Shown: positions 10,104 to 20,900 of the stretch, in pieces
Numbering within the stretch: position 1 is the stretch's first letter
How the letters are laid out: the number at the start of each line of letters is the position of its first letter
DNA from: an uncultured Desulfarculus sp.
GTDB taxonomy: Bacteria; Desulfobacterota; Desulfarculia; Desulfarculales; Desulfarculaceae
Assembly: GCA_963665125.2 (NCBI GenBank)
Contig: CAXXUK010000001.1
Location: 320,001 to 384,000, forward strand
Reading direction: 5' to 3'
DNA: 64,000 bases
Translations under genes and position numbers: made by a program
The notes under the pieces: generated by a model
Told to the model about the DNA's origin: nothing
What the model saw: the letters and a program-made list of their open reading frames with translations, nothing else
Databases searched by the model: none

Positions 10104-11939
10104 TTGGCTGAAAGATCAACGGTCGAAGTAAAATTCGAGCCCCTGGGCCTGCGGGCTATGGTGCCCGGCGGCAGTCTGATCACCAGGGCCATGCTGGAAG
10201 CCGGTGTGCTGTTACCGCTGGACTGCGGTGGTAACGGGACTTGCGGCCGCTGTTTGGTGCTGGTGGAAGGAGCCACGTCCCCGCCCAGCCAGGCCGAGGA
10301 ACGCCTGCTGGACCGGGAGCAACTGGACCAGGGCTGGCGCTTGGCCTGCCAAACCAAGGCCCTGGGCGACCTGCGGGTGGCCGTGCCGGAAACGGCAGAA
10401 CGGGCCGACGGCGGTTGGCGCATAGACGACGGCGACGTGAAGGATTTAGAGGGCGGCACCCCGGTTGTCACGGCCCTGGCCCTGGAAATACCCGCTCCGA
10501 CCTTGCAGGACCCCCGCTCCGACCTGGCCAGGGTGTTGGCCCTGGCCGGCGGCGAGGAACATGCCGGGGCCGATCTGGCCACGGCCTCCCAGGTTTCGGC
10601 GCTGGCCCGCAAGCACAACTGGCATCTGGCGGCGTTTAGGCGCGGCGCGGAGCTGGTGGGCGTGGCCGCGCCTGGCGTGCCGCCCCTGGGCCTGGCCGTG
10701 GACCTGGGCTCCACCAAGATCGCGGCCTATCTGGTCAACTTGGAAGACGGTAAGGTCCTGGCCTCCAGGGGGCGTCTCAATCCCCAGGTGACATTTGGGG
10801 CCGATGTGGTCACCCGCTTGCAAAAGGCCATCCGCGACCCTGCCGAAGGCCGCCGAATGACCCGGTTGGTCCGCCGGGCCGTCGGCGATTTGGCGGGCGA
10901 ACTTGCCGCCCAGGCCGGGGTGGAACCAAGCCAAATCTGCGATATGACCCTGGTTGGCAACTCAGCCATGCATCATCTGCTGCTGGGCCTGCCCCTGGAG
11001 CAGCTTGGAGCGCCGCCGTTCGTGGCCTGCCTGGGCCAGGCCATTGATATCAAGGCCAGGGAACTTGGTTTGAAACTGGCTCCGGGAGCTTATGTGCATC
11101 TGCCGCCCCTGGTGGGCGGTTTTGTGGGCTCGGACAATGTGGCCATGATCATGGGGGCGGACCTGGACAGGCCGGGTCCGGTGCGTCTGGGCCTGGACAT
11201 CGGCACCAACACCGAAGTGGTGCTCACCGTACCGGGCGGCGAGCATGCCATGGTAATAGCTTCAGCTCCGTCCGGCCCGACCTTTGAGGGCGCGCACCTG
11301 AGTTCTGGCATGCGAGCCATGGCCGGGGCAATATCCAAAGTGGAGATACTCGATGACCAACCGGTGTGCTTCACCATTGACGGCGGAGCACCGGCCGGAA
11401 TCTGCGGCTCGGGCATAATCGACACCGTGGCCCGGCTATTGGAGGCCGGGATCATAAACAGCCGGGGGCATTTGGACCGAAGCCACCCCAGGGTGCGGGC
11501 GGACCAACGCAACATCAGCTATATCCTGGTCCCTGCGGAACAGTCGGCCATTGGCCAGGATATCGCCATCACCCAGAAGGACATAAGCCAGGTGCAACTG
11601 GCCAAGGCGGCCATCAGCGCTGCGGCCGGGACTTTGCTGGAACTGGCTGGTTTGGGCGTCGACGACATCGCCGAGGTCGTCTTGGCCGGGTCGTTCGGCG
11701 GCCATATTGACGTGGCCGGCGCCAAGCGCATAGGCCTGATACCCAATGTGGCGGCCGCGTCATACGCCCAGGTGGGCAACGCGGCGGGCAAGGGCGCCCG
11801 CAAGGTGCTGGTTGCCTCTGAAATGCGCGCGAGGGCCAAGGCCATTCCGGCCATGAGCCGCTACGTGGAACTGGCAAGCGAGACGAAATTCAATACCCTG
11901 TTCGCCCGCAGCCTGAGCTTGCCTGAAAGTTCATTTTAA
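10104..11939 (+). CDS. Reductive activator of corrinoid proteins (RACo/RamA, 2Fe-2S + ASKHA ATPase)
   Basis: CGGNGTCGRC...RLAC 2Fe-2S domain; VDLGST, NPQVTFGADV, GGFVGSD, DIGTNTE, GICGSG and LAGSFG motifs. Confidence 0.93.
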   Translation: MAERSTVEVKFEPLGLRAMVPGGSLITRAMLEAGVLLPLDCGGNGTCGRCLVLVEGATSPPSQAEERLLDREQLDQGWRLACQTKALGDLRVAVPETAERADGGWRIDDGDVKDLEGGTPVVTALALEIPAPTLQDPRSDLARVLALAGGEEHAGADLATASQVSALARKHNWHLAAFRRGAELVGVAAPGVPPLGLAVDLGSTKIAAYLVNLEDGKVLASRGRLNPQVTFGADVVTRLQKAIRDPAEGRRMTRLVRRAVGDLAGELAAQAGVEPSQICDMTLVGNSAMHHLLLGLPLEQLGAPPFVACLGQAIDIKARELGLKLAPGAYVHLPPLVGGFVGSDNVAMIMGADLDRPGPVRLGLDIGTNTEVVLTVPGGEHAMVIASAPSGPTFEGAHLSSGMRAMAGAISKVEILDDQPVCFTIDGGAPAGICGSGIIDTVARLLEAGIINSRGHLDRSHPRVRADQRNISYILVPAEQSAIGQDIAITQKDISQVQLAKAAISAAAGTLLELAGLGVDDIAEVVLAGSFGGHIDVAGAKRIGLIPNVAAASYAQVGNAAGKGARKVLVASEMRARAKAIPAMSRYVELASETKFNTLFARSLSLPESSF

Positions 11940-12064
11940 GGTCTGTTTCCGGACCGTCTGAAGCACCTGTATATGGCCCGCGCGATGCGGACGGAATATT
12001 GTGACTTTGGCCACAATGATCGATTGACACCGTATCCCGGCTGTGGAAATATACCAATATTGAC

Positions 12065-12084
12065 ATATGTCAGTAATGACATAT
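12065..12084. promoter_or_regulatory. Operator palindrome ATATGTC-N6-GACATAT (copy 1)
   Basis: atatgtc agtaat gacatat; the identical arms recur at 12318-12337. Confidence 0.65.
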
Positions 12085-12317
12085 GCAAAATTAATACAAG
12101 ATGATTATTTGGGATAAGCCTTGCCAATTGCGGTAATGTCGCCGCTCCACACGGGTCGGCTACGTAGCCTTGATCTGGGGCGTTCCCCCGCATTTGACAA
12201 GGAACCGGCCCTACAACTTATTCACTGAATTGAGAACCTTGGGCGGTCGGGGCTATCCCACCGCAATAACACGAATTTTGAATGCTTGATTCGTGGGTTG
12301 GAAAATGGCCGCCATAA

Positions 12318-12337
12318 ATATGTCAAAAAAGACATAT
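12318..12337. promoter_or_regulatory. Operator palindrome ATATGTC-N6-GACATAT (copy 2)
   Basis: atatgtc aaaaaa gacatat, 65 bp upstream of the fdh start. Confidence 0.65.
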
Positions 12338-12402
12338 AGAGGCCTGGAGAGCATGACAGCGACGGCCTGGGGCCTGAGCCCCGGCAAGTGGAGAGGAAAG
12401 CA

Positions 12403-15162
12403 ATGCCAAGGCTTTTCATAAACACCAGGGAGATTGATTGCCCCGACGGCTCCACCATTTTGGATGCCGCCGAGGCGCATGGCATCAGGATTCCCACCCT
12501 ATGCCACTACCCAAAGGCCCATAGCGGCGGGGTGTGCGGCGTTTGCGCCGTGGAAGACCTGGAAACGGGAAAGATTCTGCGCGCCTGCCATGAGATGGCG
12601 ATCGATGGCATGCGGATTTCCACCTACAGCGCCCAGGCCCGCCAGGCCCGGGAAGAGGCCATCAGGACACTGCTGTTGTCGGGAGACCACAACTGCCTGG
12701 TCATGGACCTGCCGCCGGAACAGTGGACCAAAGAGCAGCTGCGGATCATGCAAAAGCCCTGGCATGAAAGCCAATGCCCGTCCCATGGCAATTGCCGCCT
12801 GCAGGATCTGGCCATTGAATTCGGCGTGAGCATCAACGGTTGCGAGCACTCCGCCGAACCGGCCACCCTGGACGACAGCCACCCCATGATCGTGCGGGAC
12901 TTCAGCCGCTGCATCCAGTGCGGCCGCTGCGTGGCCGCCTGCAATCAGGTGCAGGTCAACGAGGCCATACCGGTTCAGGACGCACCCGACGGCGGGAATC
13001 AGCTCGGCTGGCACCCCCTGGTTAATTATGAAGACTGCACCCATTGCGGCGAGTGCGTTCAGGCCTGCCCGGTGGGCGCGCTCTTCGAGAAAAAGGCCTT
13101 TGGCCTATCTCACGGCCACGACGCCCGGATGGTGCGCACCACCTGCCCCTACTGCGGGGTGGGCTGCCAGCTTTGGTTGCATGTAAAGGACGGCAGGATC
13201 GTCAAGGTCACCGGCGTGGACGGGGCCCAGCCCAACCAGGGCAGGCTTTGCGTCAAGGGCCGCTTTGGCTATGACTTCATCTACTCCCCGGAGCGCCTGA
13301 CCAGCCCCCTGATCAAGGACGGCGGCGGCTTCCGGGAGGCTAGCTGGGACGAGGCCCTGGATTTGGTGGCCGACCGTCTCTCGGAAATCAAAAAGGAGTA
13401 TGGGCCCGACGCCATCGCCGGGGTGAGTTGCGCCAGGAGCATCAACGAAGACTCATACAATATGCAGAAGCTGTTTCGCGCGGTGATCGGTACGAATAAT
13501 ATCGATCACTGCGCGCGTACCTGACATGCTCCCACTGTCGCCGGTCTGGCGAACTCATTCGGTTCAGGTGCAATGACAAACAGTTTTGCCGACTTTGCCA
13601 GGGCCAAGATGATCCTGGTGATCGGCTCCAACATGACCCATGCCCACCCGGTGGCGGCCACGTTCGTCAAGAACGCCGTGAAGAACGGCGCCGAGTTGAT
13701 CGTGATCGACCCCAGGGCCACGGAACTGACCAAATACAGCGTGGAGCATCTCCCGCTCAAAGTCGGCAGCGATATAGCCCTGCTCAACGGGCTGATGCAT
13801 GTGTTGATCAGCGAGGAGCTATACGCCAAGGAATATGTAAATTCCTGCACGGCGGGCTTTGAGGAACTCAAGGCCAAGGTCATGGAGTACCCGCCGGAGC
13901 GCGCCGCCGAGATCAGCGGCATCCCGGCCCAAGACATCGTCCGGGTGGCCCGCCGCCTGGCCACGGTGCGGCCGGCCATGCTCATGTACACCCTGGGCAT
14001 CACCGAGCACACCTGCGGCGTCAACAACGTGATGAGTTGCGCCAACCTGCAAATGCTCTTGGGCAACGTGGGATTCGAGTGCGGCGGCGTCAACCCCTTG
14101 CGCGGCCAGAACAACGTGCAGGGGGCCTGCGACATGGGCGCGCTGCCCAACGTGTTTCACGGCTACCAGAAGGTTATCGACGAAAAGGCCCGCCAGAAGT
14201 TCCAGGAGGCCTGGGGCGTGGACGATCTGCCCGACCAAAACGGGTTGATGATGCCGGCCATGATGGACGGGCTCAAGTCAGGAAAGGTCAAGGCCTTCTG
14301 GGTCTTCGGCGAAAACCTGGCCAACACCGAACCGGACATCCACCACGTGGAAAGTTGCATGCAGTCGGCCGAATTCATGATCTGTAACGACATTTTCCCC
14401 ACGGAGACAACCCGTTTCGCCGACGTGATCTTTCCGGCCGCCGCCTGGAGCGAGGACGACGGCACCTTTACCAACAGCGAACGGCGGGTCAACCGGGTGC
14501 GTAAGGTCTCCGAACCGCCGGGAGATTCCCGCCCCAACTGGTGGATATTCAAGCAAGTGGCCAAGCGTATGGGCGACGACTGGGAATCAAACAGCTCCCA
14601 GGAGATATGGGACAATGAAATAGCCGCCTTGGCTCCCGCGTTCGGCGGCATCAAATACCATCGTATTGAGTGGGACGGCCTGCAATGGCCCGCCCCGTCC
14701 GAGGATCACCCCGGCACGCCTTTCCTGCACAAGGACGGCTGCTTCACCTGCGGGCTGGGCAACTTCGTGGCCGTTGACTGGACCCCGCCCGCCGAGTGCG
14801 CCAACGACGAATACCCCTGGGTTTTGAGCACCGGCCGCCGCCTGTACCACTACCACACCCGCACCCAGACCGGCCGGGCCGAGGGCCTCAATGTGCTATT
14901 GGGTGAAGAGACGGCCGACATCGCCGCCGCCGATGCCGATAAACTCGGCGTGGCCGACGGCGAACTGATCAAGGTGAGCTCAAGGCGGGGCAGCGTCAAG
15001 GTACGGGCCAGGGTGACGCCCCAGGTGCCGCCGGGAATGGTCTGGATGGCCTTCCACTTCCGGGAAAACAACGCCAACTGGCTGACCAACCCTGTTTATG
15101 ATCCGGTCTCCCAGACCGCCGAATATAAGGCCTGCGCGGTCAGGCTGGAGAAAATGGCCTGA
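12403..15162 (+). CDS. fdhF: Selenocysteine-containing Mo/W formate dehydrogenase alpha subunit with N-terminal 2Fe-2S/4Fe-4S domains (919 aa; UGA at 13522-13524 = Sec)
   Basis: ORFs 12388..13524 and 13573..15162 are in the same frame; the junction reads [28 protein letters not shown]. Also TTCPYCGVGC, LCVKGRFG and LRGQNNVQGACDMG motifs, with a SECIS directly downstream. Confidence 0.95.
13522..13555 (+). promoter_or_regulatory. Bacterial SECIS element
   Basis: After UGA and a ~11-13 nt spacer comes the hairpin tcgcc-ggtct-ggcga (13538-13552), with a GGUCU apical loop like the E. coli fdhF SECIS. Confidence 0.85.
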
Positions 15163-15194
15163 GGCTGGCGGGGCGTTTTTTAAACACCGCAAGA

Positions 15195-15228
15195 CAAAGG
15201 GGACTGGCTGCGCGGCCGGGCCCCTTTG
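15195..15228. terminator. Bidirectional hairpin between the convergent fdh and tetR genes
   Basis: caaagggg-actggc...gccggg-cccctttg. Confidence 0.55.
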
Positions 15229-15247
15229 ATTTGTTAACTTGCTTGTG

Positions 15248-15844
15248 TTAGTCGCTAATTGTTGTTCGATGATCTCCGAGCAGTGACATGTATGTTTCCC
15301 TGATGAACTGTTCGTAATAGCCGGGAACGGGCTTGCCAGCCTCCAGGTACGCCCTTACGGCGCTTGCCGGTATCTGGATCAGACATAAGGCGACGCGGTC
15401 CAGGTTTTTTTTGCTGGCTTTGCCGAGGAAATGTCGGGTGAATCCGGTCAAACCTGCATCAAGCTCGGATATCAGGTTTGCCACCCTGTCCTTGATGCTC
15501 CCAGGCCAATCCCCGGCAATCAATTCCTCCCGCCGGTAAAGCAGGAAGACCCTGGCCTGGTTCGGGTGCTTTTTAACCCATTTCAGGGTGTGGAGGGCTG
15601 CCTTTTGCCCGTCGCCCTTATTGAGTTCCTCAAGGAAACCGGCCTGGAATGACTCGATCAATTCCACCCATAGCTCGGCCAGCAGGATCTCCCGGGAAGC
15701 GAACCGGTGATATACCGAGCCCACCGGGGCCCCTATTTTGTCGGCGATTGCGGCAATGGTCACCCCGCCGGGTCCCTTGTCGGCCAGCAGCGCAAGCGCG
15801 GCTTCTAGAAAATCTTCGTTGGTAAATCGCGCTTTTCGTCCCAA
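15248..15844 (-). CDS. TetR/AcrR family transcriptional regulator
   Basis: MGRKARF...AALALLADKG..VTIAAIADKIGAPVGSVYHRFASRE HTH. Confidence 0.93.
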   Translation of the reverse strand: MGRKARFTNEDFLEAALALLADKGPGGVTIAAIADKIGAPVGSVYHRFASREILLAELWVELIESFQAGFLEELNKGDGQKAALHTLKWVKKHPNQARVFLLYRREELIAGDWPGSIKDRVANLISELDAGLTGFTRHFLGKASKKNLDRVALCLIQIPASAVRAYLEAGKPVPGYYEQFIRETYMSLLGDHRTTISD

Positions 15845-15895
15845 CTTTACTCAACTTGTCCAATGATTTTTACAATTCACCTGCCGGCCACGGTG

Positions 15896-16390
15896 TCATT
15901 GCCGGAGATGGGCGGTCATTTCACCGCAAAGGACCGGTCTGCAACTATCGAATTGGATGTCCCGCACGGTTTTCATATTCTTCCACAAGATTTCATGACC
16001 TTTCAATCCCTCCGCGAAACTGACCCTCTGTTGCCAGGATTTGATCTCCTCCTCGGTGGCCTCTCTCCTGGCCGAAGCCTTGCCCATCAGGCGCATGCCG
16101 GGAAAGGTCTTGAACTTGCCAGCGGAAAGGGCTTCCAGCCAGAAAGATTGAAAATCGCCGTTTATGGCCAACACCGCGACTCTGTGGTTTTTGTCCAGGT
16201 TTGCCCCAAGTTGAACCGGAAATTTCTCGAAATAGTAGCCGGTGCGGTCGTCCCGCAGGATCAGCGAGCCGATGGGTGTGACGTGGGGATACCCATTGGC
16301 GTCAACCGTGGCGATTGAGTAAGAAAAAGAACTCTGCCCCGCGTCTTCGAATATCTGCCTGATTTCCGGCCATTGGTTGATAAGGTCCAT
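15896..16390 (-). CDS. Pyridoxamine 5'-phosphate oxidase-like FMN-binding split-barrel protein
   Basis: SIATVDANGYPHVTPIGS...NLDKNHRVAVL...GMRLMGKA. Confidence 0.85.
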   Translation of the reverse strand: MDLINQWPEIRQIFEDAGQSSFSYSIATVDANGYPHVTPIGSLILRDDRTGYYFEKFPVQLGANLDKNHRVAVLAINGDFQSFWLEALSAGKFKTFPGMRLMGKASARREATEEEIKSWQQRVSFAEGLKGHEILWKNMKTVRDIQFDSCRPVLCGEMTAHLRQ

Positions 16391-16743
16391 TTTCCCCTCA
16401 CAGATTTATGGGTTGTTTGCGGTGGTTGAGCTGGAAAACCCTAAGCATCCAGCGGTTATTAGAATGATAATATTAGAATATAAATACTAAAAAAGTCAAC
16501 GGAGGATTTTATTTTGCGGAACCGGGACGTCATTATCCGGGGAGCGTAACGGTGGCTGGCGCACAAGGCCAAACCGCCGTCATGACCCGGAACCAGTGCC
16601 CGGCCGTGGGTATTAAAATTAATCATCGGGTGTGTTCGGATGTAAATTTGTGTATCTTGGAGACTGGAAGTGTATCTTGGACTGACCATGCTGTGACCGG
16701 AATTAGGGGATTGATTGCAATTACACCTATCGTGGAGTGAGTC

Positions 16744-17256
16744 ATGAGCCGATTGGATGGGGCTGATTCAAGGGCCTCGATAATCATCGCAGCCTTGCTG
16801 GCGGCATTGTGCCTGGCTTTGGCGGCCCCGGGCGACGCCTTTGCGGCGGCGAAAAAGAGCCCGATGGATGAGCCGGATGCTTATGTCATAGGTTTCAACA
16901 AAGACGCCAAGGGCGTGAAGAGAGCCTATGTGGAAGGTACGGCCACGCCAGAGGGGGTGTATCTGACGATAAAGGGCCTTTGGTCCACCCAGCCCGTCAA
17001 GCTCATCGTTCTGCCGGATGACAAGGGACAGGACTTGCGGGTTGATCTGTTCAAGTACCATTGGAAGCCGCCGCTAAGAAGTTGCTCAACGGCGGGAAAG
17101 GGGCAATGCGGCTTTGTCTTCAGCAATCAGGGCGATGTACTCATAAAAATCACCGCGCCGGACGGCCCGGCCAAAGTGTACGTGGCCGCGGAGATCGGCC
17201 TGGAAGAAACGCCCAAAATGAAGTCTGTCCTTGTGCCAAAGGGGGTCAGGCAATGA
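16744..17256 (+). CDS. Hypothetical secreted protein
   Basis: RBS GGAG; signal peptide ending AFA-A; beta-rich mature part with a Cys pair; ATGA overlap with the next gene. Confidence 0.75.
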   Translation: MSRLDGADSRASIIIAALLAALCLALAAPGDAFAAAKKSPMDEPDAYVIGFNKDAKGVKRAYVEGTATPEGVYLTIKGLWSTQPVKLIVLPDDKGQDLRVDLFKYHWKPPLRSCSTAGKGQCGFVFSNQGDVLIKITAPDGPAKVYVAAEIGLEETPKMKSVLVPKGVRQ

Positions 17257-17894
17257 AAAAAGCAGGCATGATCAAAGTGAATTCGTATGGCCTCCGTTTG
17301 GTGGCTGCCATTGGCCTGTTGACCGTGGCGCTTGTTATCACGGCAAGGCCCGTCATGGCCTTCGGTCCGGTGGGCGCCGGGGCGTCCAAGTTTGGGGATC
17401 TGAGCCAGAAACTCGACGAGTATTGGGAAAAGAAAAAACCTTTGGACCCCGACGAAAAAGGCGGAGGCCCAGATTATGATCCGCCGGGCATGCCCGAGGT
17501 GCCGGTTTCCTGCGGCGACAACAACGACTGCTGGAAATGCTATAAAAAGGCCAACGAAAAGATAGAAAAGTTAAGGGTTTCATTTGAAAAGCTGCGCATA
17601 CTCTACAAAGACACCGACGAGTACACCAAGGCGGCGATTGCCTTTGGCGATGGCGTGGCTGGTTCGGCGGGTGTCGGCGCGTTGGAGTGGGCCCATCAGC
17701 GCGGCAATATCAGAAAGTCGTTCAAGGCCTTTGAAGCGGCCTATAAAAAGAAGTACGCCGAGTTGTTGGACAAGCTGAAACAGGCCTTGCTGGAGGTTGC
17801 CGCGTGCGAACGTGCGTATTTCAATGAACTGGACTGGTACGCCCGCTACGGTTACATGTTCCACACCTTTATGGCCCTGAATTACCAAAAATAA
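17253..17894 (+). CDS. Hypothetical secreted helical protein with four Cys
   Basis: ATG 17253 overlaps the upstream stop codon; signal peptide (VMA-F); CGDNNDCWKC motif; long amphipathic helices. Confidence 0.75.
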   Translation: MKKAGMIKVNSYGLRLVAAIGLLTVALVITARPVMAFGPVGAGASKFGDLSQKLDEYWEKKKPLDPDEKGGGPDYDPPGMPEVPVSCGDNNDCWKCYKKANEKIEKLRVSFEKLRILYKDTDEYTKAAIAFGDGVAGSAGVGALEWAHQRGNIRKSFKAFEAAYKKKYAELLDKLKQALLEVAACERAYFNELDWYARYGYMFHTFMALNYQK

Positions 17895-17903
17895 GCGATA
17901 TCA

Positions 17904-17942
17904 GGTTCCCCGGCTGGCAAACGCGTTACCGGCCGGGGAACC
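17904..17942. terminator. Bidirectional terminator hairpin
   Basis: ggttccccggctgg...ccggccggggaacc between convergent genes. Confidence 0.65.
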
Positions 17943-17952
17943 GTTGTTTTGC

Positions 17953-20900
17953 CTATTGGGCGGCGTCCGGCGCCACCACCTGAACCCCGATCTTGGGCCC
18001 GTCCTTGGTCACGCGCATCAGGGTGCTTCGGCCCGCCTCCACCAATACATTTCGCTGGACCATCTCCCCCTTGGGCGAATCCAGGACAACGTCGTAATAA
18101 CCGGCGGGCAGGCTGAGTTCCTCGCCGGCTACTCCCCTGGCCACTTCCTGGCCCCTGGAGTCGCGGACCGTATAGGGTATGGCCAGGGTCTTGGCCATGG
18201 CCGTTTTAAGCCCTTGCTGATCGGCCGCGTCGAGATAGCGGCCCTTGCCTGCCTTGGTGGCCTGTTCCATCTGCTCGCGGGTCTTGGGGTCGTTCACCGC
18301 GAAGCCCACCACGTGCAGGCGCACGTCCAGACCTTGGGCCCGCAGGTCGTCGATTGTCTTGACCAGGTTGCCCTTGCATTCCTCCTTGCCGTCGGTGACC
18401 AGGATGATGGTCTTTTCGCCCTTGGACTGGCCAAAGTCCTTGACCGTCTGGCTCAGGGAATAGGCGATGGGCGTGGTGCCCAGGGGCTTAACGGCTTTTA
18501 TCTTGGAGATGAGCTTGGCCTTGTCCAGTTTGCCAAAGGAATAGACCAACTCGGTGTCCTGGCAGTCGCCGGGGCGGCCTTCCCGGATGCGGTGGCCGTA
18601 GACGCGCAGGGCCACTTCCACGTCCGGCGGCAACTGCTCGATCAACTCTGTCAGGACCTGCTTGGCGATATCCATGCGCGACTTGCCGCCCAGCTTTCTG
18701 TTCATGGAGCCGCTGCCGTCCAGAACCAGTTCGATGCGGGGCGGCACGGCGATTTGGGCGATGCGCTCGCCCTCGGTCTTGACCAGCAAGGTGCCTGGCT
18801 TGAAGCTCCAGGTGGGTTGCAGGTAATAGGTCGTGCCGCTCATCAGTTCCTGGGCGATTTGCTTGTACACGCCGACAAGCTGGTCCACGTTGGGCACATA
18901 GATAAAGCGCCCGCCGCTGGCTAGCGAAATGTGGCGCAACAGGCGGCTTCCGGTGAGTCCGGCTTTGGGGTTGTAGGCCTTTAGTTCTCCGCCCAGGCCG
19001 ATGGTGAAAAGCCGCACGGGGTTGCCGTCCAAGACCTCCCAGAACTGCGGGTATTTCAGGGCGCTGCCCATGTCCACGCCATCGGTCATCACGACCATGG
19101 CCCCGGCTCCCTTGGCCCCGCTCAACATTTCGATGCCCTTGTCCACGGCATCGTACAGACGGGTGGCCATTTCGGCCTTGAATTCGTCGGCAACTGCGGA
19201 AAGCAGCTTGTTCTTGTCGCTGGTGAACTCGCTGGTCAGCACATGCAGGTTGTTGTTGAAGGCGATGAGGGCCAGCTTTTCGCTGGGCTGGACATTCTCG
19301 ATAAATCCGGTCACCGCCTTTTGCAGCAGTTCGGTGTGGTTGGCCATGCTGCCCGAGACGTCCCAGGCCAGGACAATATTGGCCGGGGTTGTCTGGGCCT
19401 CCAAAAGATACCGGCCCGGATCAACCCGCCAAGACACGATGGTCTTGGGGCTGGAGTTGCGCTGGGGCTCAAATACGGCCACCTCGCGGCCCTGGCTGTC
19501 GCGCAGGGTGAACCGGGTACGCAGGAAGGGCAGGCCCATCAGTTCCAGGTTGAGCATGCCGGGCCGGTCGCCTTCCAGGTTCAGCGAATAGTAATGGCGC
19601 TGGTTGTAGTCCTTGAACGGCGCCATCACCCGTTTGCCGAGCTCCAGGGCCGGGGCGCTGCCAGGCGTAAGGCCGGGCCGGACCGATGACGTGACCAGCG
19701 CGGGGTCGGGTTTGGGGGCTGCCGCGCCCTCGGAGGCCAGGGGCCGCACCGGCCTGGACAACAGCGAAGTATAGCCAGGCGCATGGCCTTCGATAATGGC
19801 CACCTTGCCCAGGCTGGTGAATCTGCCGCCCTGGTTTTCCAGGATGCGCAGCTTGATGAACCTGGCCTTGCGCTTGATGGGAATGGTGTGGCTGGGGCTG
19901 TCGGCGGGCATCTCGGCCCTGGCCACCTCCACGAAACCGCCGGTGGGGCTGTCCGTGGAGACCAGAACGGCGATTTCCTTGGGCCTGGTCTTGGCGTCAA
20001 ACCCGGAGTCCAGTTCCAGCTCCAGCCTGTCGATCAGGGCCTCGCCGTCATCACGCAGGCAGAAGACGAATTCCTGGGGAAGCTGGTCGTTGTCCGAACG
20101 CCAGCCCCGGCCCTTGCGCTGCCTTTGCAGGGTGTTGACAGCCTCGCCGCCGTAGTACTGGGAGGTGTAACGCAACACCGCCCCGCCAAAGGCCGGCAGG
20201 GCCAGATCAACCTCGACGTCCTTGACTATGGAGTCCGGGCCCTGCTCCTCAATGATTTCCACCTCGGCCAATTGGGTGCGCCGCGAACCGCCGTAATTTG
20301 ATTTTATGATCAGTTTTAGATACTTGGCCTGAATACCCGGCAGGGGGATGACCTGGCGCGCGGCAACTGGCCGCAGCTCTCTGGCAGCCGCCAGTTTGTA
20401 TCCCGAATCCGGCGACTGTTCCGAGACCCACACTTCCACCATGCGGGGCAGGCTGGACAGGCAATTTTCATCGCCGGAGCAGGACTGGCAGTCCAGGACC
20501 ACCGCCTTCAACCGTGCGCTGCGGTTCTGGTTGAACGAAAAAACGATTTCCTGGGGAAACTTGTTGTCCGAAGAGGCCCAGCCGCAGGCAGGCTTGCAGT
20601 CTTCGCCGCCATAGCCGAAGCCGTCGTTGAGCCCGTCTTGGGACCAGTATGTCTTGTTGGCCTGTGATGTGGCCGAGACCACCTTGCCGCCCAGGCCTTG
20701 ATGGGCCAGGTTGGCCCCGGCCGGTGGCGCGGCCTCGTCCGGCAACAATGCCGATTCATGGGTTGATTGGATGCGGAGGTCAACCGTGGCCAGTAGCTTG
20801 TCGTCCTTGAACACCTCCGCGCGGTATTGCCCCGGCCAAAATCCGCCTTTGGGCGGCAGGAACGCGTCGGTGCTCCAGTCGTTGACCCGCAGGATTGTCG

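Noticed and set aside
12200..12400. Moco/Wco riboswitch in the fdh leader
   Set aside because: Conserved Moco RNA motif elements were not recognisable.
13522..13524. Premature stop / fdh pseudogene
   Set aside because: It lies at the Sec position and has a SECIS hairpin, so it is read as selenocysteine.
16429..16444. Fourth copy of the GGAAAACCCTA activator box
   Set aside because: Only a half-match, and there is no -10 hexamer at the conserved 31.5-bp spacing.
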